DNA from: Nymphaea colorata
Lineage: Eukaryota
Assembly (NCBI RefSeq): GCF_008831285.2
Contig: NC_045138.2
Location: 9,734,001 to 9,798,000, forward strand
Direction of reading: 5' to 3'
DNA length: 64,000 nt
Part shown: positions 24,716 through 39,979 of the stretch, in pieces
Position numbering within the stretch: position 1 is the first letter of the stretch
Layout: the number at the start of each line of letters is the position of its first letter
Translations under genes and position numbers: made by a program
The notes under the pieces: model-generated
Told to the model about the DNA's origin: nothing
The model's input: only the letters and a program-made list of their open reading frames with translations
The model's database searches: none

Positions 24716-27700
24716 TGTTCGCATCTTCAATTTTTTTTTGGTTTTGCAGTGCTCCAAAAAAATGAGATTTTATTTTGAAAATGAGAGAGAAAGGGACTCA
24801 CCTGTCAATATGAGGATCGACCGTTCTCGATGCCTTTACCGAGGATAATCAATCCAAGGGCTATGCTTATCTTTGATGCATTTCGTTACTTTTGAAAAAA
24901 TTCTTGAAGAATTAGAGAAAGACTTGAATTGAGAAATCTTTATAAATGTTGATTAGAAACATTTGAAGATCATCTTTTGGAAATTACTTTAGTGTTATCT
25001 TAAGACTTTAAGTAGGTTTGAAGTTTTGCTCTAATCCGATTACTACCTAATTAGAACTCCATCTCATCTTGCTTAAGTTCTTTTCTAGAGGTGCTTGTGA
25101 ATGTATGGATGCATTGATCCAATATGATTAAAAGAAAATCATTAATTCCTACTATGACATTCATTTAAGAGCATTCCACCACTACATATGTCTAAGTTTT
25201 GCATGTTGTAATTGTTATAAACATTTTTATGAAAAAAGAAAAGTTTTTGAAAATGGAATGAGGTTGTAGACCATCAAGCATGAACCCAATATTGAGCCAT
25301 TACTTGAGTTTTGGTCTTGATGAATCGGCAAATAAGAAATTAAAACTTTAAATCATGGGAGAACAATATTTGAGAGAATGGAAAAGATGAAAGACTTTAA
25401 TATGAGAGAAATAGTGATAGACAAAGAGAAGAAGATTTTGAAAATTACAAAACAAAGAATTTAAAATAGAGAGAGAGATACAAATTTATATACATATTTA
25501 TATACGCATATACGTGTATATAAATTTGTGTTGATACATATATGAAAACTTGTGATAATGAGGTTTAATAAAATAGAGAGGAGAATAAGATTTTAAAAAG
25601 AGAGGGAGAGATTTTGAAATGGAATAACATATATATTCATATATATGTATACAAAAGTTTGTAAAAGACTATGTTAAGTCATAAAAAGAGAAAGACATAA
25701 AGATTCATGTGTACGTATACGTATATAACATGTACATACGCATATGTCTTCATGAGTGTTAAAATCAATAAATGACTTAAAAATATTCGATTTCAATTTT
25801 TATGTAGGTCAGAGAGAAACTTGGACTCATGCAAGCTAAGTCTCCAAGGCCGCATTAAAGAAGATATTTGATTTTGAAAATCTTTTGAAAAATATGATTT
25901 CAAATATTTGATGTGTGAATATAGAATCATGTTTATCACAAGAAAATTTAGTTCTCCCACCGTTGGGTATGGAAGAAAATAAAACATTCATAAAATAAAA
26001 AGCAACGTAAGAAAACACTCATTGGGGTCCATAATCAGGTGATTAAGAAATAAACTAAATGTGAGAATGACATGAAAATACACATTAATATGTACAAATT
26101 TGTGAGGGGCATTTTCGGGTTGGACAAGTCTCAGCCTCAAAGATCAACATAAAAAAACAAGAAAATCTCAAACCAAACACTCGTTCTTACCGTGCATTTG
26201 CTCATTAATTATAGGAAAAGAAATATATCATATATGGATATCATCTCAAGTATAAACAATAAATAAAGTCTCATAGCAAACATATTTTTGAGGAATAAAT
26301 GAAGAAATGACATTTGTTTTACTTTGCTCATGCTACCGGTGCACTCAAGACATAGCTCTCGATTCGGATAGGAAATCATTTGAAGTTTCTTGCATAGCCA
26401 TGGGGAGGTGGCAAGAGGAAATAAGAATAAAAATGAAGGATTACATATCTCGGATATAAACGAGCCTCCTCCTTTGAATGATCTTAGGATCACATCAGAT
26501 GAAGCTTCAAGATGATGAAATTGTCCCTCCAAGAGATCCCACTGTGTTCTCTTGAATAGTTTGGGCTTGGTGAAAGTTGCTCTTAAGGTTGGATAAGAAG
26601 AAAGAAATGGAAAGAAATAGCTAACATTTCAAGTGAAGAAACATGAGAGGACCCTCCATGGTTGGTTTAGGGAAGATTGTGGGGGCATTTGTAGAAAATT
26701 TTGGAGCCAAAATTCAAAATTTGAATTTCGAAATTTGAATTCAAGAGGAAAGAGTTTTGGAACTAAAATTCGAAATTTGAAATTTGAAATTCAAAATTTG
26801 AGTTTCTGGATTGGGTTCAATTGGTTGTCAACGTGTTCTAGCGAGCGATTTCGGCTCAAAAACGCATCTTGGTGCGAAAACGAAACATAAAACAAAAGGA
26901 AGACCGTGCAAGTGCGCAGTGCTCATAAATTCAAATTTTGTTGTTTTGATTTCGACTTCGGAATTTGAGTTTGGAATTTTTGATTTGGATTTAAATTGGA
27001 TTTTAGATCTAATTTGGATCTGGTAATTGGATTTTGGATTTGAATCTTGCGTTTAAGATTGAGTTTTGAATTTGAATTTTGTGTTTGGGTTTGGACAACG
27101 GCTTAGAAATTCATTTTGAATCGAATGAGTTGTTTGAACTTATGTTGCAGGCTTAACCCATTACCTGCACGGGTTTGTCGAAATTGAATTCAAGTTTAAT
27201 TCCCCTAAATTGGCTTGTATTGTAGGTTTAACCACTTGCCTGCGTGGGTTGCTTTGACTTGCATTGCAGGTTTAACCCCTTATCTGTGTGGGTTACTTTG
27301 GCTTGTATTATAGGTTTAACCCATTGCCTACGCAAGTTGCTCTTTTGTCCATAATTTCAGCTTTTACCCCTTTCTGAATGGGTTGCTCGATAACAAGAGG
27401 TAATGCTGGGAAAAAACATTCATCACCTCGAATACCTTTGTTGAAGCTGGGAACAAGACCCTATTTCTCCTTCATTGGTTGTGACAAGAAAACTTCCTAT
27501 CACCTCGAGTGCGTTTTGGTAAATTTTTTTTTGTTATCACCGAAGGCTGGATTTTGAACTTGTTTAGTAAAATTCCCCAAACTAGCGCTTGGGTTGAACT
27601 TTCTTTGAAAAGCCCTTGGCTAAACGGCCAAATTGTGCTTGCTAGTGACATGGTTGAGCTAGCTTAAGAAAGCCCTGGAATTAGAGGCCAGATTGCTCTT

Positions 27701-30700
27701 GATCAAATATTTAGCATAGCAGTTGAATTGATTTGATTAGGATATGACCCTCCTTTTTTGTTAGACAATGATGATTTTGAAGGGAAAATATATGTTGCAA
27801 AATCAATTTAAAAAATGCGTCAAAATATAAAAAAAATGCCCTAGTGTTAGCAATTGTCATGGATGGTAAGGGATATGGTCTGGTTCAAAATAGAATGCGT
27901 GAATGTACTAGGTAGAAGATAGAAGTTTGATACCTGGATTGAAGCAAAAATAATAGAAAATGCACGAATGAAAAGAAAGTGTGGACAAGATTATATAAAA
28001 GAAATTGATATATTTTTTACTAACAGGAAAATGAGGGTGCAAGGTAATATCCTTTGTATAAACTTAGATGTAATTTTTTTTTATTTGTGTTTAATGAGAA
28101 GAAATTGAGAGAAAGCTTGTAGGAAAGAAATTTGTTATAAAAATATGATCAGTAGATGGTGATTCTCATAGCGAGATATCAAGTTAATAATGTTGGAAAA
28201 TAGAGAGTGAATTTTGAAATGATCAAATCTTAAGCAGAGTATAAATATATGAGGTCTGATTCAGGAAGATATAGACTTAACATGGGTGAATGAATAAGTC
28301 AAAATTAAATATCTCATGATTGAAAATAGAATATATCGAAGCGAAGCAAAAATTGGTAATCAATTTGGAATAAATGATGACCCAAGAAAATCATGGAAAT
28401 AGTAAAATAGGAAGAAAGACATTATAGGTATTGAAATTAGAAAATTATTTGGCTAAATACAAATGAGGAAAAATAATGCATGAAATGAGTCAAGCAAAGT
28501 TGGTACTTGAGCCAATAAATGGTATCATGTTTAAAAATAGAATGTTAGACAAATGAAAATGAGAGATTGACAAGGTATGATAAAATGTAGATTAAAAAAA
28601 AAACTTGTCAGATGAGAGAATTTGAAAAGTCAATGTCACTTACATTGTGGTTAAAACATGATTTTATGACGTGGTCATGTTGAAGATTATATAGAGATGA
28701 ACGAAGAAGACATTGATTTAAATGAAAAATATGAAGTGTAAAATTATTAAATTGATCAAAGATTGTATGGAAGACACACATGCAAATCATCATACAATGA
28801 TAAACATCCAACATTTTCGAAAGTCACATTTATCATGCATATATTTGGAAAAAGGAGCATAGGACCCTAATTTAGTTTGGTTTGATCAATTATGATTATT
28901 CCATATAAGATATGCCAATGTACTTTAGCCAAGAGACTTAGTACAAGCATAGAATCCTTCATTAGACAACTATGGGTAAGGTTTATCTACTTCTTCATGG
29001 ACACTCGTCGATATACCACAAGTTACCACTCATGGTACTAATGATAGAGCTTTCCTGCCCAAGGTGTGATCCAGTTGTAAGACTTAGTCTTGTGCTACCG
29101 CCTAAGACCAAGCTCTGCAACATGATGACCGAGACAAATATGCATTGGAAGTTTTTGAAATATAAGCAAACATGCAAAATCAGGTTGTCTCTAATGCAAT
29201 GTTCTCTAAGATGATGATTAAAATATGTAGAAGAGAAAACATTGTTTTTAATCAAGTCTTAAATTGAAGAGAGTTATATTTGATTGTAGATTTAGGTGAA
29301 CATTGATCCTCCTCAATTAGACTTATATGCAAAAGAGCAAACATAATCATCAAGCAATGTAATGAAATGCCGATGGAGTCAAGACCAAAAAAGGGAGCAT
29401 GCTTTATCATCGACAATACATGAGATGTCCAAATTTATAGAAATGCATCAATGATAATCAGAGTCAAACGATGATGGGTCCCATCACGATTGCCATCTAT
29501 TTGCGTCCTCAAAAAATTTTTGGTTTTTGAAGTGCTTTAGAAAAATGAGATTTTATTTTGAAAATGAAAGAGAAAGCGACTCACTCGTCGGTACGAGGAT
29601 CGACTGTTTCTGGTGTGTTTACCGGAGGATATAAACCCAAGGTCAATCCTTATCCTTGATGCATTTAGTCTTGGCTTAAATATCTTTTTCATTCTAAATG
29701 CGGTGTTATATTTCATAAAATATTGAAAATTTGATGTTTCAAATTTTTGAAAAAGTTCTTGAAGAATCACTTGAGAATGAGAATGTAAAACATTTTGATT
29801 TGATAAAGACTTGAATTGAGAAATCTTTTACAAATGTTGCTTGGAAACATTTAAAAGATCATCTTTTGGAAATCACTTTGGTGTTATCTTAAGACTTTAA
29901 GAGGTTTGAGGTTTTGCTCTAATTCGGTTACTACCTAATTAGAACTTCATCTCATCTTGCTTAAATTTTTTTCGGAAGGTGTTTTTGATCTTAAGTGATG
30001 TTAAGTGAATGTTGATGTATGATGCATTGATTCTATGTGATTAAAAGGAAATCATTAATTCATACTATGACATTCATTTAAGAGCATTCTTACTACTACA
30101 TATGTTTAAGTTTCTCATTTTATAACTGTCATAAATACTTTTATGAAAAAAAAAAGTTTTTTGAAAATGGAATGAGATTGTATACCATCAAGTATGAATC
30201 TAATATTGGGTCATTACTTGAGTTTTAGTCTTGATGAAGTCAGCAAATAACAAATTAAAACTTTCAATCATGGGAGAACAATATTTGAGTGAATGGAAAA
30301 AATGAAAGACTTTAATGTGAGAGGAATAATAATAGAGAGAAAGAAGGAGATTTTGAAAATTACAAAACAAAGAATTTAAAAGAGAGAGAGAGATATACAA
30401 ATTTATATACATATTCATATACGCATATAGATGTATAGATATAAGTGTGGATGCATATATGAAAACTTGTGAAAAGGAGATTTAATCAAATAGAGAGGAG
30501 AATAAGATTTTAAAAAGAGAGGGAGAGATTTTGAAATGGAATAACATATGTATTCATATATGTATACAAGAGTTTGTAAAAGACTATATTAAGTCACAAA
30601 AAGTGAAAGTCAAATAGAAATTCATGTGCACGTATACGTCTATAACATTTATATATACACATGTCTTCATGAGTGTTAAAATCAAGAATTGACTTGAAAA

Positions 30701-32416
30701 TATCTGACTTTAATTTTTATGTAGGCGTGAGAGAAACTTGGACTCATGCAAAAGCTTAATCTAAGTCTGCAAGGCCGCATTAAAGAGGGTATTTGATTTT
30801 GAAAATCTTTTAAAAAATATTATTTCAAATATTTGATGTGTGAATATAAAACCATTTTTTTTACAAGAAAATTTAGTTCTCTCACCGTTGGGTATGGAAG
30901 AAAATCAAATATCCATAAAATGAAAAGAAATATAAGAAAACACTCATTGGGGTCCCTAATCGAGTTATTAAGAAATAAACTAAACATGAAAATGACATGA
31001 AAATACATATTAACATGTACAATTTTTGTGAGGGGCCTTTCCGGGTTAGACAAGTTCCAACCTCAAAAATCAACATAAAAAGACGAGGAAATACTAAACC
31101 AAACACTCGTTCTCACCGTGCATTTGCTCATTAATTAAATGAAAAGTAATCCTCATACATGGATATCATCTCAAGTATAAACAATAAATAAAGCATCATA
31201 GCAAACATATTTTTGAGGAATAAATGAAGAAATGACATTTGTTTCACATTGCTCGTGCTCCCGGTGCACTCAAGACATCGCTCTCGATTTCGGATAGGAA
31301 ATCATCTCAGGTTTCTTGGACGGCCATGGGGAGGTGGCAAGAGGAAATGAGAATAAAAATGAAAGATTACATATCTCGAATATAGATGAGTCTCCTCCTT
31401 TGAATGATCTTAGGATAACATTGGATGAAGCTCCAAGATGATGAAAATGTCCCTCCAAGAGATCCCCTTGTGCTCTCTTGAATAGTTTGGGCTTGGTGAA
31501 GATTGCTCCCAAGGTTGGATAAGAAGAAAGAAATGGAAAGAGATAAATAAGGGAAAATAAAAAAATTCAAGTGAAGAAGCATGAAAGGTTCCTCCTTGGT
31601 TGGTTTATGCACAAGAAGGAAGACTATGTGAGTATTTATAGAGAGTTTTGGAAATAAAATTTAAAATTTGAATTCAAGAGAGAAGAGTTTTGGAGGTAAA
31701 ATTGAAAATTGAAACTTCAAAATTTGAATTCAAGAGAGAAAAATTTTGGAGCCAAAATTCAAAATTTGAAATCCAAAATTTGAATTCAAGATGGAAAAGT
31801 TTAAGAACCAAAATTCAAAATCTGAAATTCAAAATTTGAATTCAAGAGGTAAGAGTTTTGAAGCCAATATTCAAAATGTGAAATTCAAAATTGGAAATTC
31901 AAAGGGCTGTTTAGTATAAAACTATTTTTTTTTATTTAAAATGTGCATAAAAAGTGCTTGTTGTTACAAATGGGTAGGCCGATTCCGTTTTGAGTGACTG
32001 TGTGTTTGTTTTAAATCTGAATTGGGTTCAATTTATCGTCAATGCGTTCTAGCAAGCGATTTAGGCTCAAAAATGGTGCAAGAACGAAACATGAAACAAA
32101 GGGAAGGCCCGTGCAAGCGCGTGCAGTGCTCATAAATTCAAATTTTGTTGTTTTGATTTCAGCTTTGAGCTTTGGAATTTGAGCTTGAAAATTTTGATTT
32201 GGATCTAAACTTGGATTTTGGATCTAATTTGGATCAGATAATTGGATTTGAATCTCGTGTCCAAGGTTGAGTTTTGAATTTGAATTTTGTGTTTGAGTTT
32301 GAACAACAGTTTAGAAATTTATTTTGGATCGAATATTAGCAAATTTTTTTTAGGTCTAAAATTTAAATCCAAATAATAAAATAATAGTCTTTTCTAAAAA
32401 ATTTTGGGTGATAACA
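24716..32416 (-). mobile_element. Non-autonomous, internally deleted Tat/Ogre-like gypsy element with very long LTRs
   Basis: Diverged direct repeats at 24716-~27125 and 29498-32416. Minus-strand termini TGTTATCACCC...GCGAACA. TSD TTCAT/TTCAC (4/5). Degenerate GATGGCAA PBS at ~29497. The ~2.4-kb interior has no recognisable coding domain. Confidence 0.8.
27145..27390. repeat. Tandem array (~5 copies, TTGCAGGTTTAACCCATTGCCTGC...GGTTGC) in the Ogre-like interior
   Basis: Repeated units begin at ~27145, 27220, 27264, 27309 and 27356. Confidence 0.8.
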
Positions 32417-34749
32417 TTCACAAACATTGTTTCTAAAATAATTGTCAACATAAAATCCAAACTTATTGAGAATGATGACCATGTTCTATGCAATTGCTCA
32501 ATTGAGACTTTTTCCACATTATTTGCCTATTTTGCATCTAACATAACCTAGAGATATCTATGAATTTGTCCTTGAAGAAAACTTTATCATAACCCCATCC
32601 TTCATAGAATAACATCTAGAATGCTATTCAAAAACTACATCATTTGTTTTAGCAAATCCCTGAATTGATGACATAGTATTTGTAGTTTCACGAATATGGC
32701 AAATATGTTTTAACACAAATATGTTTGAAAAAGAGGACCCAACGTATTTTATGGGCAAACATGTATCATCACCAGTTACATTGTCATTGCCTTGGTGTTT
32801 TGAATATATTATAAGAATATTCAAGTCACTTTTAACTTCGTGTCTGGCTCCTGAGCCTAGGTACTGATTATTGTCACCATTTGTCATTGTTATGGTACAG
32901 TGCAGTCAACAAGGCTTAGAATGTGCTAGGTAGCTTTTTGATTAGCAACATTTTAGAGGCAAAAATGTCATTTTGTCTCCAAGACAAAACAGTGTTTTTG
33001 GAGTGTCATGTGACATCAAAACTGCGTTTGAGAAAAACGTGGCTTTCAAAAGGAATTTAATAACTTGGGCCTCTCCTCCATGTTGTTCACAAAATTTTTT
33101 GTTTTGTGTATATCTCCCAAATATACAAACCAGTTTTTAGAAAATGACTAAAAACCATTTTTTAACAAAACTAGTCTTTCATAAAACAACTTTTTTTTTC
33201 TTTTTGAAGATGCTTTCCAGACATGCCCATAGGATTATCCGCTTGGACACAATTGAAAAGCTAATAGTATATGCAGATAGAATAATCAGGTTTTTCACAT
33301 AGCATACATGTAACTCTAAACTTTTAAATAGCAAATGGCCTCTTATGAATCCACCGTAGTTAACTCTGGCACAAAAATTTAAGTGGTCTCCTTAAGTTTC
33401 ATTTAAAATTTTCTAGCAACATTGATAGATGCAGCTAGTTGTTCTCCTTTAGATTCAATGGAATGTCTTGAAGATGGGCCTCTAGATTAAGAAGCGGCCC
33501 ATGAAGGTCATCCAATGATTGGATCAGATCGGGTCTTGGTAGATGTTTTAAAGGGATGATATTTGAAGGTAAGGCCTTCAAGATTTGCATGATTAGATCT
33601 TCTTATAGAGCATGTGTATAAAGTGAGAGCTGAAAGATAGGAAATAGTTTTGAATTGTTTGATATATTGATTATCAATAGATTTATTTCACTTCAGATTT
33701 TGGAGTTCAGATTTAACTATGTTATTCGGGACCTTGATTGGGCAGCATAAGTGTGCATGAGAGTTGTCCAACTAGCAAATAAGTTGTTTAAACCAACTAC
33801 TGATTTTGAACTATCTCTATTAGGGAAGAGGTTAACCAATTTTGGAGAAGAAGGTCACCCCCCGTCATTACAATATACATGATTTAGTTTGGAATGCCCC
33901 TTCAACAAATTTGGGAAGATGCCAATTGCTTCTATCAATGAAGGCTAATAGATCATCTCTAGCTAAAATTGACTTCAGTTAGGAAGTTCATACATGGTTA
34001 TTTTCAGCTGAAAGTTTGATGGATAAAAGGTGAAAAAGGTTGTTAGGTACCTGAGTCAGTACAAGCCAAAACCCATGCTAGAAGCTTTACTAGAGGTGTC
34101 CCTTTGAAGAGGACTGCTGTGATGCAAAACTCAATGCAATAACTTAGCCTGATACCATAACAGAAAATGGAAAGACAAAATAAACTAAGGTGACCCATAA
34201 GGACTTTATGGTTCAATTCTACAAGGAACCTACGTCCAGGACTTTTGCTTCTCCCACAGCTTTCAACATATGAGGAGAATTGCTATACATTTCTATTATG
34301 ATTTACATTCTGGGTTGTCTATTATAATAGAATTATAATTTTGGATTTCAGATATAGATCTGCCTATGATGGGTTGGATCCACACTAAAATTGCAACTCA
34401 AATGGAGTTGCATAACCGTCCGCATAACTCGACCACTAAGGTAGTGGTTACAGAAACAAATATACATAAAGGGTAGAAGAACCTAAAAGAAGGAGAGTGT
34501 GAAACCATGGAAGGATCCTTGATGCGACAAGGGTTGTGGACGTTGAAGGTTTTCCAAAAATATTGTGAAAGTCTAGTCCCCATCGAGCACAAGAGTCAGA
34601 CATCGATTTCATCTTCACAATCTGCTACAAAAAACTTACAGTAATGCAAGTCGACGTTCATTAGGTAACATAGTAATACATTTATCTATGTTTTTTCAAC
34701 AATGGTATCAGTACTACGTTTATTGCTTGGCCTTTTGTTTCCTCTTGGG

Positions 34750-35405
34750 ATTTATGGCAATGGCCCGCAAATTGGCACTCTCTATCCACATAGTAATTTG
34801 ATGATGGGTAACCAATGCCACCTATTTTTCACTGTTATCACTGCCTTAAGTATCGCTAGAGGGGACTGGACCAATGCTGTCCACCCTGCCATTTGTGTCC
34901 ATCTGTAGCATTACAACACTCACATAGCATTCAACTGCTTTGGGTAGATGAGTGGAAGGTGGCATGGGTACACCTTCCTCGTGATGATGGTTTCAACAAT
35001 ACAATCCATATAGTGGTCATCTATTGCTTTTATTGTAAGAGTTGAGGATAACCTACCTGGTATATACCAAAGGGAGAGAAGGGGCATCAAAAAGCACTAT
35101 GGGGGAAATCTTCCATAGATCCATGTTCTTCCTAAACCGGGTGGAGGATGCATCAACAAAGTGTCCCTCCTTCGTTGTATGTCCTGAAAGTGCTGAAGGT
35201 GGAGACACCTGCTACAACATGTTGCATATCCTCCTCCCTCACCAGAAACGAAGGAAAGAGATGTGGTGGTTTACCATTTTGTGATGGCAAATTCCAACAT
35301 CTCTATACATTTTGCTTTAATGGCACTATATCCATCACAAACTCAGGCTTCAAACACATCTGAGCCTATAATGGGGCAGGGAGGGTGACACAATTTCAGA
35401 ATAAA
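34750..35405 (+). mobile_element. Possible LINE 3' fragment (RNase H-like) inserted in the copia leader
   Basis: KVAWVHLP..GF, IAFIVR and GAAGGTGGAGAC traces resemble the plant L1 RNase H-like domain. Heavily decayed. Confidence 0.3.
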
Positions 35406-38400
35406 GTGGCCTGAGGACTTTTCTCAGTCCTGAGATGTTAATGACCAGCACATTCCATCATTGTTGTGGTTTAGATGTCATGGTCCCCCACCTATATAGA
35501 ATTTATTTATGGTATAACATCTGGCTATTTGTATATGGATGGTTCAATTGTCATGATCTTTTTTTTTATGTTTAAGTACATTGTTATGGTTTGATATTTA
35601 TATTTTTTGTGGAGCTTTGGATCTGAAATCTATATATTACATAGTGAAATATAGCGTTCGTGCATTAATGCTTAGTCTCTTGAGCATTGATGGCCAAAAC
35701 TATAATAATCCAATTCTGGATCCGTACCCTATCTTTATGCTTAATAGACACATCAAGTAAATTATATTTTTGTTTTAGATTCTTGATCAAATTTGAATAT
35801 ACCTTTCTTTCTTGGTTGTTATATTTTTTGTCTATATGCATGGTGTCCCTTCAGTCAATGTTGCTTCCATTTGGATTTTGGATGGGATTTTGAATGCTCA
35901 TATATATGAGAACTAGAATTGGTACAATTGTTTATTTTGATCCAAATTGAACACATCAATTTGATCTAATCATTCTTGATATGATGGCACCGTGCTTGAG
36001 TTCCATGCTTGGGAAGTTTTTTTGTGCACCCTCATTTGAATGAAATTTCATATTGTTTATTTTATTTTATTTAGTAGTTCATAAAAGTATTTCATTTGTA
36101 ATCGAATTGATGGATCAATTTCATAAATTTTTTTGTGGGATCCATGTTCATGTTTTGTTGGATCTAATTTTTGGGCTACTATCTTAAAACTCTATGCTTG
36201 TCCAAATAAGGTGTCTAAGATTAAATATTATATTGTATTGAACATTTTACTTGACTTTATGTGGTCACTAATTTTTATTTTAAGAGAGCATACTCATGTA
36301 AATAAAAGTCAATACTGTCTTGCCCTGATATAATATACATGCATCAGTCCACGTCAATTTTTTTTATATGGCATATATATGTTAGTCACAATGTCAGGCA
36401 TTATAGATGGATCACATAAAAGTGATGACATCTTCGGCCTACTAGCATCACTATAGCAAGTGGACAACCTCAGTAATCCTATTGTATCAAAAAATAAATC
36501 CCCTTCAAAGTTGGTGCTTAATGATTTTTTAAATTATAAAAAGTATGCTACACATTCTATGTATGTTCACCTCATAATCATGGATGATAAAATTGGTCTC
36601 ATGAGGGCAGAGGATGAGGTCTTTTTTACCTTCAAGTGCGAAGGAAATGTCATCTTGAGTTATCCTCCACATGATTGGGCTTAGTTCAGACAAAATTGTT
36701 TGTCAAGACATGAAAAAGAAATCACTCTCCGACATTGAATACGAGGTTGAGTACCGGATTAAAGGTGAACTGGATTTCAAGGTGATCACATGAACTATTT
36801 TGTTCTTTAGAATAGAAAAGTACAACACTTGGCTTCAAGGAATGACATGGATGTGTATTTGATGCAATATAAACAAGAAATGTAAGAAATTCTAGAATCT
36901 GAGATAATATTTGATTACAGGCAAACTTTTCATGATACTACCCCACAATGCGCAAGGTTATATAATTGTTTTATGGTTACAATTGTAATTGAGTAGTTTC
37001 TACTCATATGTCTAACTTGATTTCATTATAACTGTGCTTTTTCAATAATTATAGACATATCTTCTTTTTGGACTTGATGCTTATTAGATTCATACATATA
37101 AGGATGTGACATTTATTCGTTTTCCCCTATGTTTTCTTGAGTACTTATGCATGTGATGCTTCTTTTATTTTTAACGTAATATGGACGGCATCACAAGTGA
37201 GAAACAATTAAGTTTTGAGCTCACTCTCATTGTATATTACAGTTAGGTTTTATTAATTAGTTATATGGTTTGGATCATTATAATAGTGGTAGATGATTTT
37301 AAGCATAGTGACATTTCGATTCCACATCTTATGAAAAAAATCATGTTTTTAGTCACGTGACTTGACTGAACATAGACAGGTTATGCAATTGTGAACATGC
37401 TTGGACAATCATTAAGAACATTATTCTTTTTTATTGACATAAGATACGACTACACAAAGTAAGACCATAGTAGAGTATGCATTGAATGGAGATAATTATG
37501 ACATTTGGCATCGTAAGATCTAGTTTGCCTTAGAGGAAATTGAAGCCCTTGATGCTCTGAACCATGTCATGACTAGACCTAAGAGAAGTATTCAGCAAGC
37601 ATGTAAAGACATAGAAGCTTATAATGAGTAGAAGCGCATGAACTCTATTGCTATGTCACAGTGCTATGCCCAATGCAAGATGATATAATGCGTCGACATG
37701 AACATTATCAGACTGCTCATAATATGTGAATAACTTGCAAAGACAAGTTTGGAGGCACTTCAGCCACAAAGCTTAGAAATTTTGCAATTAAATTTGACTC
37801 ATATGAAAAGCAGAATCAATGCACAATGAGTCATCATCTCAAGGAAATGGCCAACACAATTGGAGAGCTCAATTTTGTTGAACTTGTTCTCACATGTAAA
37901 CAACATGCTCAGGCAGTGACAAGATCACTATCAAACAACTGAGAACACATGAAAATTAGTACAACTCATAATGAGAGCATAATGACTTTGGTGACATTGC
38001 TTGTCAACTGGAGCTAAAATTTGAATGCCCTGAAGCTGCTAAGTTCAGCAGTCATACCTACATAACTAGGAATTCCAAGTATGTTTTCAGTTGCAAGCAA
38101 AAAATAATGTTTGGTCCAAAAAAATTCAGGGTTAATCATAATAAAGTATAGGGAAAGAAGAAATACAAAGAAAAATTGAGACGTCATGGAAAAAGCAACA
38201 AGAAAAAAGACAGGTGAAAAGTAAAATGTTTTAATTGTGGTTAACTTGGTCACTTTGCAAGAGAATGCAGTGAAGAGAGAAAGTTTGCATTTCGATAACC
38301 TAGTCAGCTTATTTGTTTGTTTCTAGTTGTGATTTAACTATATCTCATCTTTTATGGATTGTAGACTCGAGAGCAACAAAGTATGTAATGCATGAACTTA

Positions 38401-39979
38401 TCACATTTCTTAAATATTAGGAAATCTCAAATAGAAGTTGGATGTTCCTAGCTAAGAACAGTCATGTAGAGGTTTGTGGAATAGGAATTTGTCCACTATA
38501 TCTATATAATAAACAAAGTCTTATGCTGCACGATGTGCTACATATTGCTAATATTTGATAGAATCTTGTTTCAACTACTTTATGACTTTTGAATATAGAC
38601 TTGTTTCTAAGACAATTCTACTGTGATACTACTCGAAAACTTTGTGATATATTCATGTGTTCTATTCAATGTTTCTTTGTGTTGAATGTTTATTTTAATT
38701 CTTGCTATGTGAATATTGAATATTTTGATATGCATATAAATGTGGATGTGTTCACTTGGCATGCTCGCCTAAGGCATATTAGACAAAAGGGGATAGAAAG
38801 ACTTGCACATAAGGGATTATTGGAGGCCCTTTATAAATTCTATATTTCTATCTATGAACATTGCTTAGTAGAAAAATCAACAAGGTTGATAGTCCATTGC
38901 AATTAATTCATTCAGATATCAGTGGTCCAATGAGTGTAGCTAATGGATACGGTGCATCATATTTTATTATATTTATTGACGACTACTTATGGTATAGATA
39001 TGTATATCTTATCTTCCATAAATCTAAAGCCTTGAATTGTTTTAGATTCTTTATAAATTTGGTTGAAAACCAACTTGTTCATAGAATCAATGTTCTTAGA
39101 ACAGACCAAGGTATAAAATCCAAACAATTCAAGGAACTATGTAATGACAGAATAGAGTTGCAAGAAGGAGAAACAAAACCTTAATGGAAATGGTCAGCCC
39201 TATGATGGTGCAAGCACAATTGCATATCTCTTTTTGGAGTCATTGTTTATTCACCACAATTTATGTCTTTAACTGTGTTCGTAGTAAATCCTTTTATCAA
39301 CTCCGTATAAATTATGGATAGGTAGATGACCTGACATTAGCCACTTAAGACTTTGGGGGTCAAAGATATGTTCATGATCTTTCTTATTTACATGGGAAAT
39401 TGGATCCAAAAGAAAAAGAATGTATAGCACTTCAAGGTATATGTATTTATAGGTGAAAAGAGTGATGGGAGTATTAGTGAAATAGATTCTCCAGATACTA
39501 CATTCATGAAGAATGAATTTCCTAAAAAAAAGTTATATAGAGAGAGATATTCAATTTTGAGTTAGATGATTCTGAATAAGTAAATAATATGTTCAAGAAA
39601 CTAAGATACAACATGACATGTGCCAGTCACTCCTAGATAGTGGAAGTAAACCTCGTATAGAATAGGATGTCAGCACAATCGCACTGTTTTGTCAAAATAC
39701 AAGAAAGAGAATTTCGCGATGCAAATTTGACATATAAGAAGCTACGATAGTAGTTCTAAATGACATTGACATTCCAAAATCTATGCAAGAAGCTCTCTCT
39801 AGCCTAGAAAAAGAAAAAATTGCAAGAGTAGAATGGAAGAAAAGATAAGATCCATTAGCACCAGGAAAGTTTGGGAACTTGTTGATCTTCCCCAAGAAAG
39901 TCGATAAATACTCAAGGGTCTATTGAGAGACTTAAAGTTCATCTAGTTCGAAAATGATACCCACAAAAAGAAGGGGTAT

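Larger units (their letters stand above)
24410..34160 (-). mobile_element. Decayed copia interrupted by the Ogre-like element (pieces ~24410-24715, ~32420-32890, ~33900-34160)
   Basis: PBS-like TGGTATCAGGC at ~34156. Gag SIKLSAENN at ~34020. Protease-like YLGSGARHEV..GNDNV (32624-32887). Integrase-like traces at 24550-24690. PPT-like TGAGAGGAG at ~24445. Confidence 0.5.
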
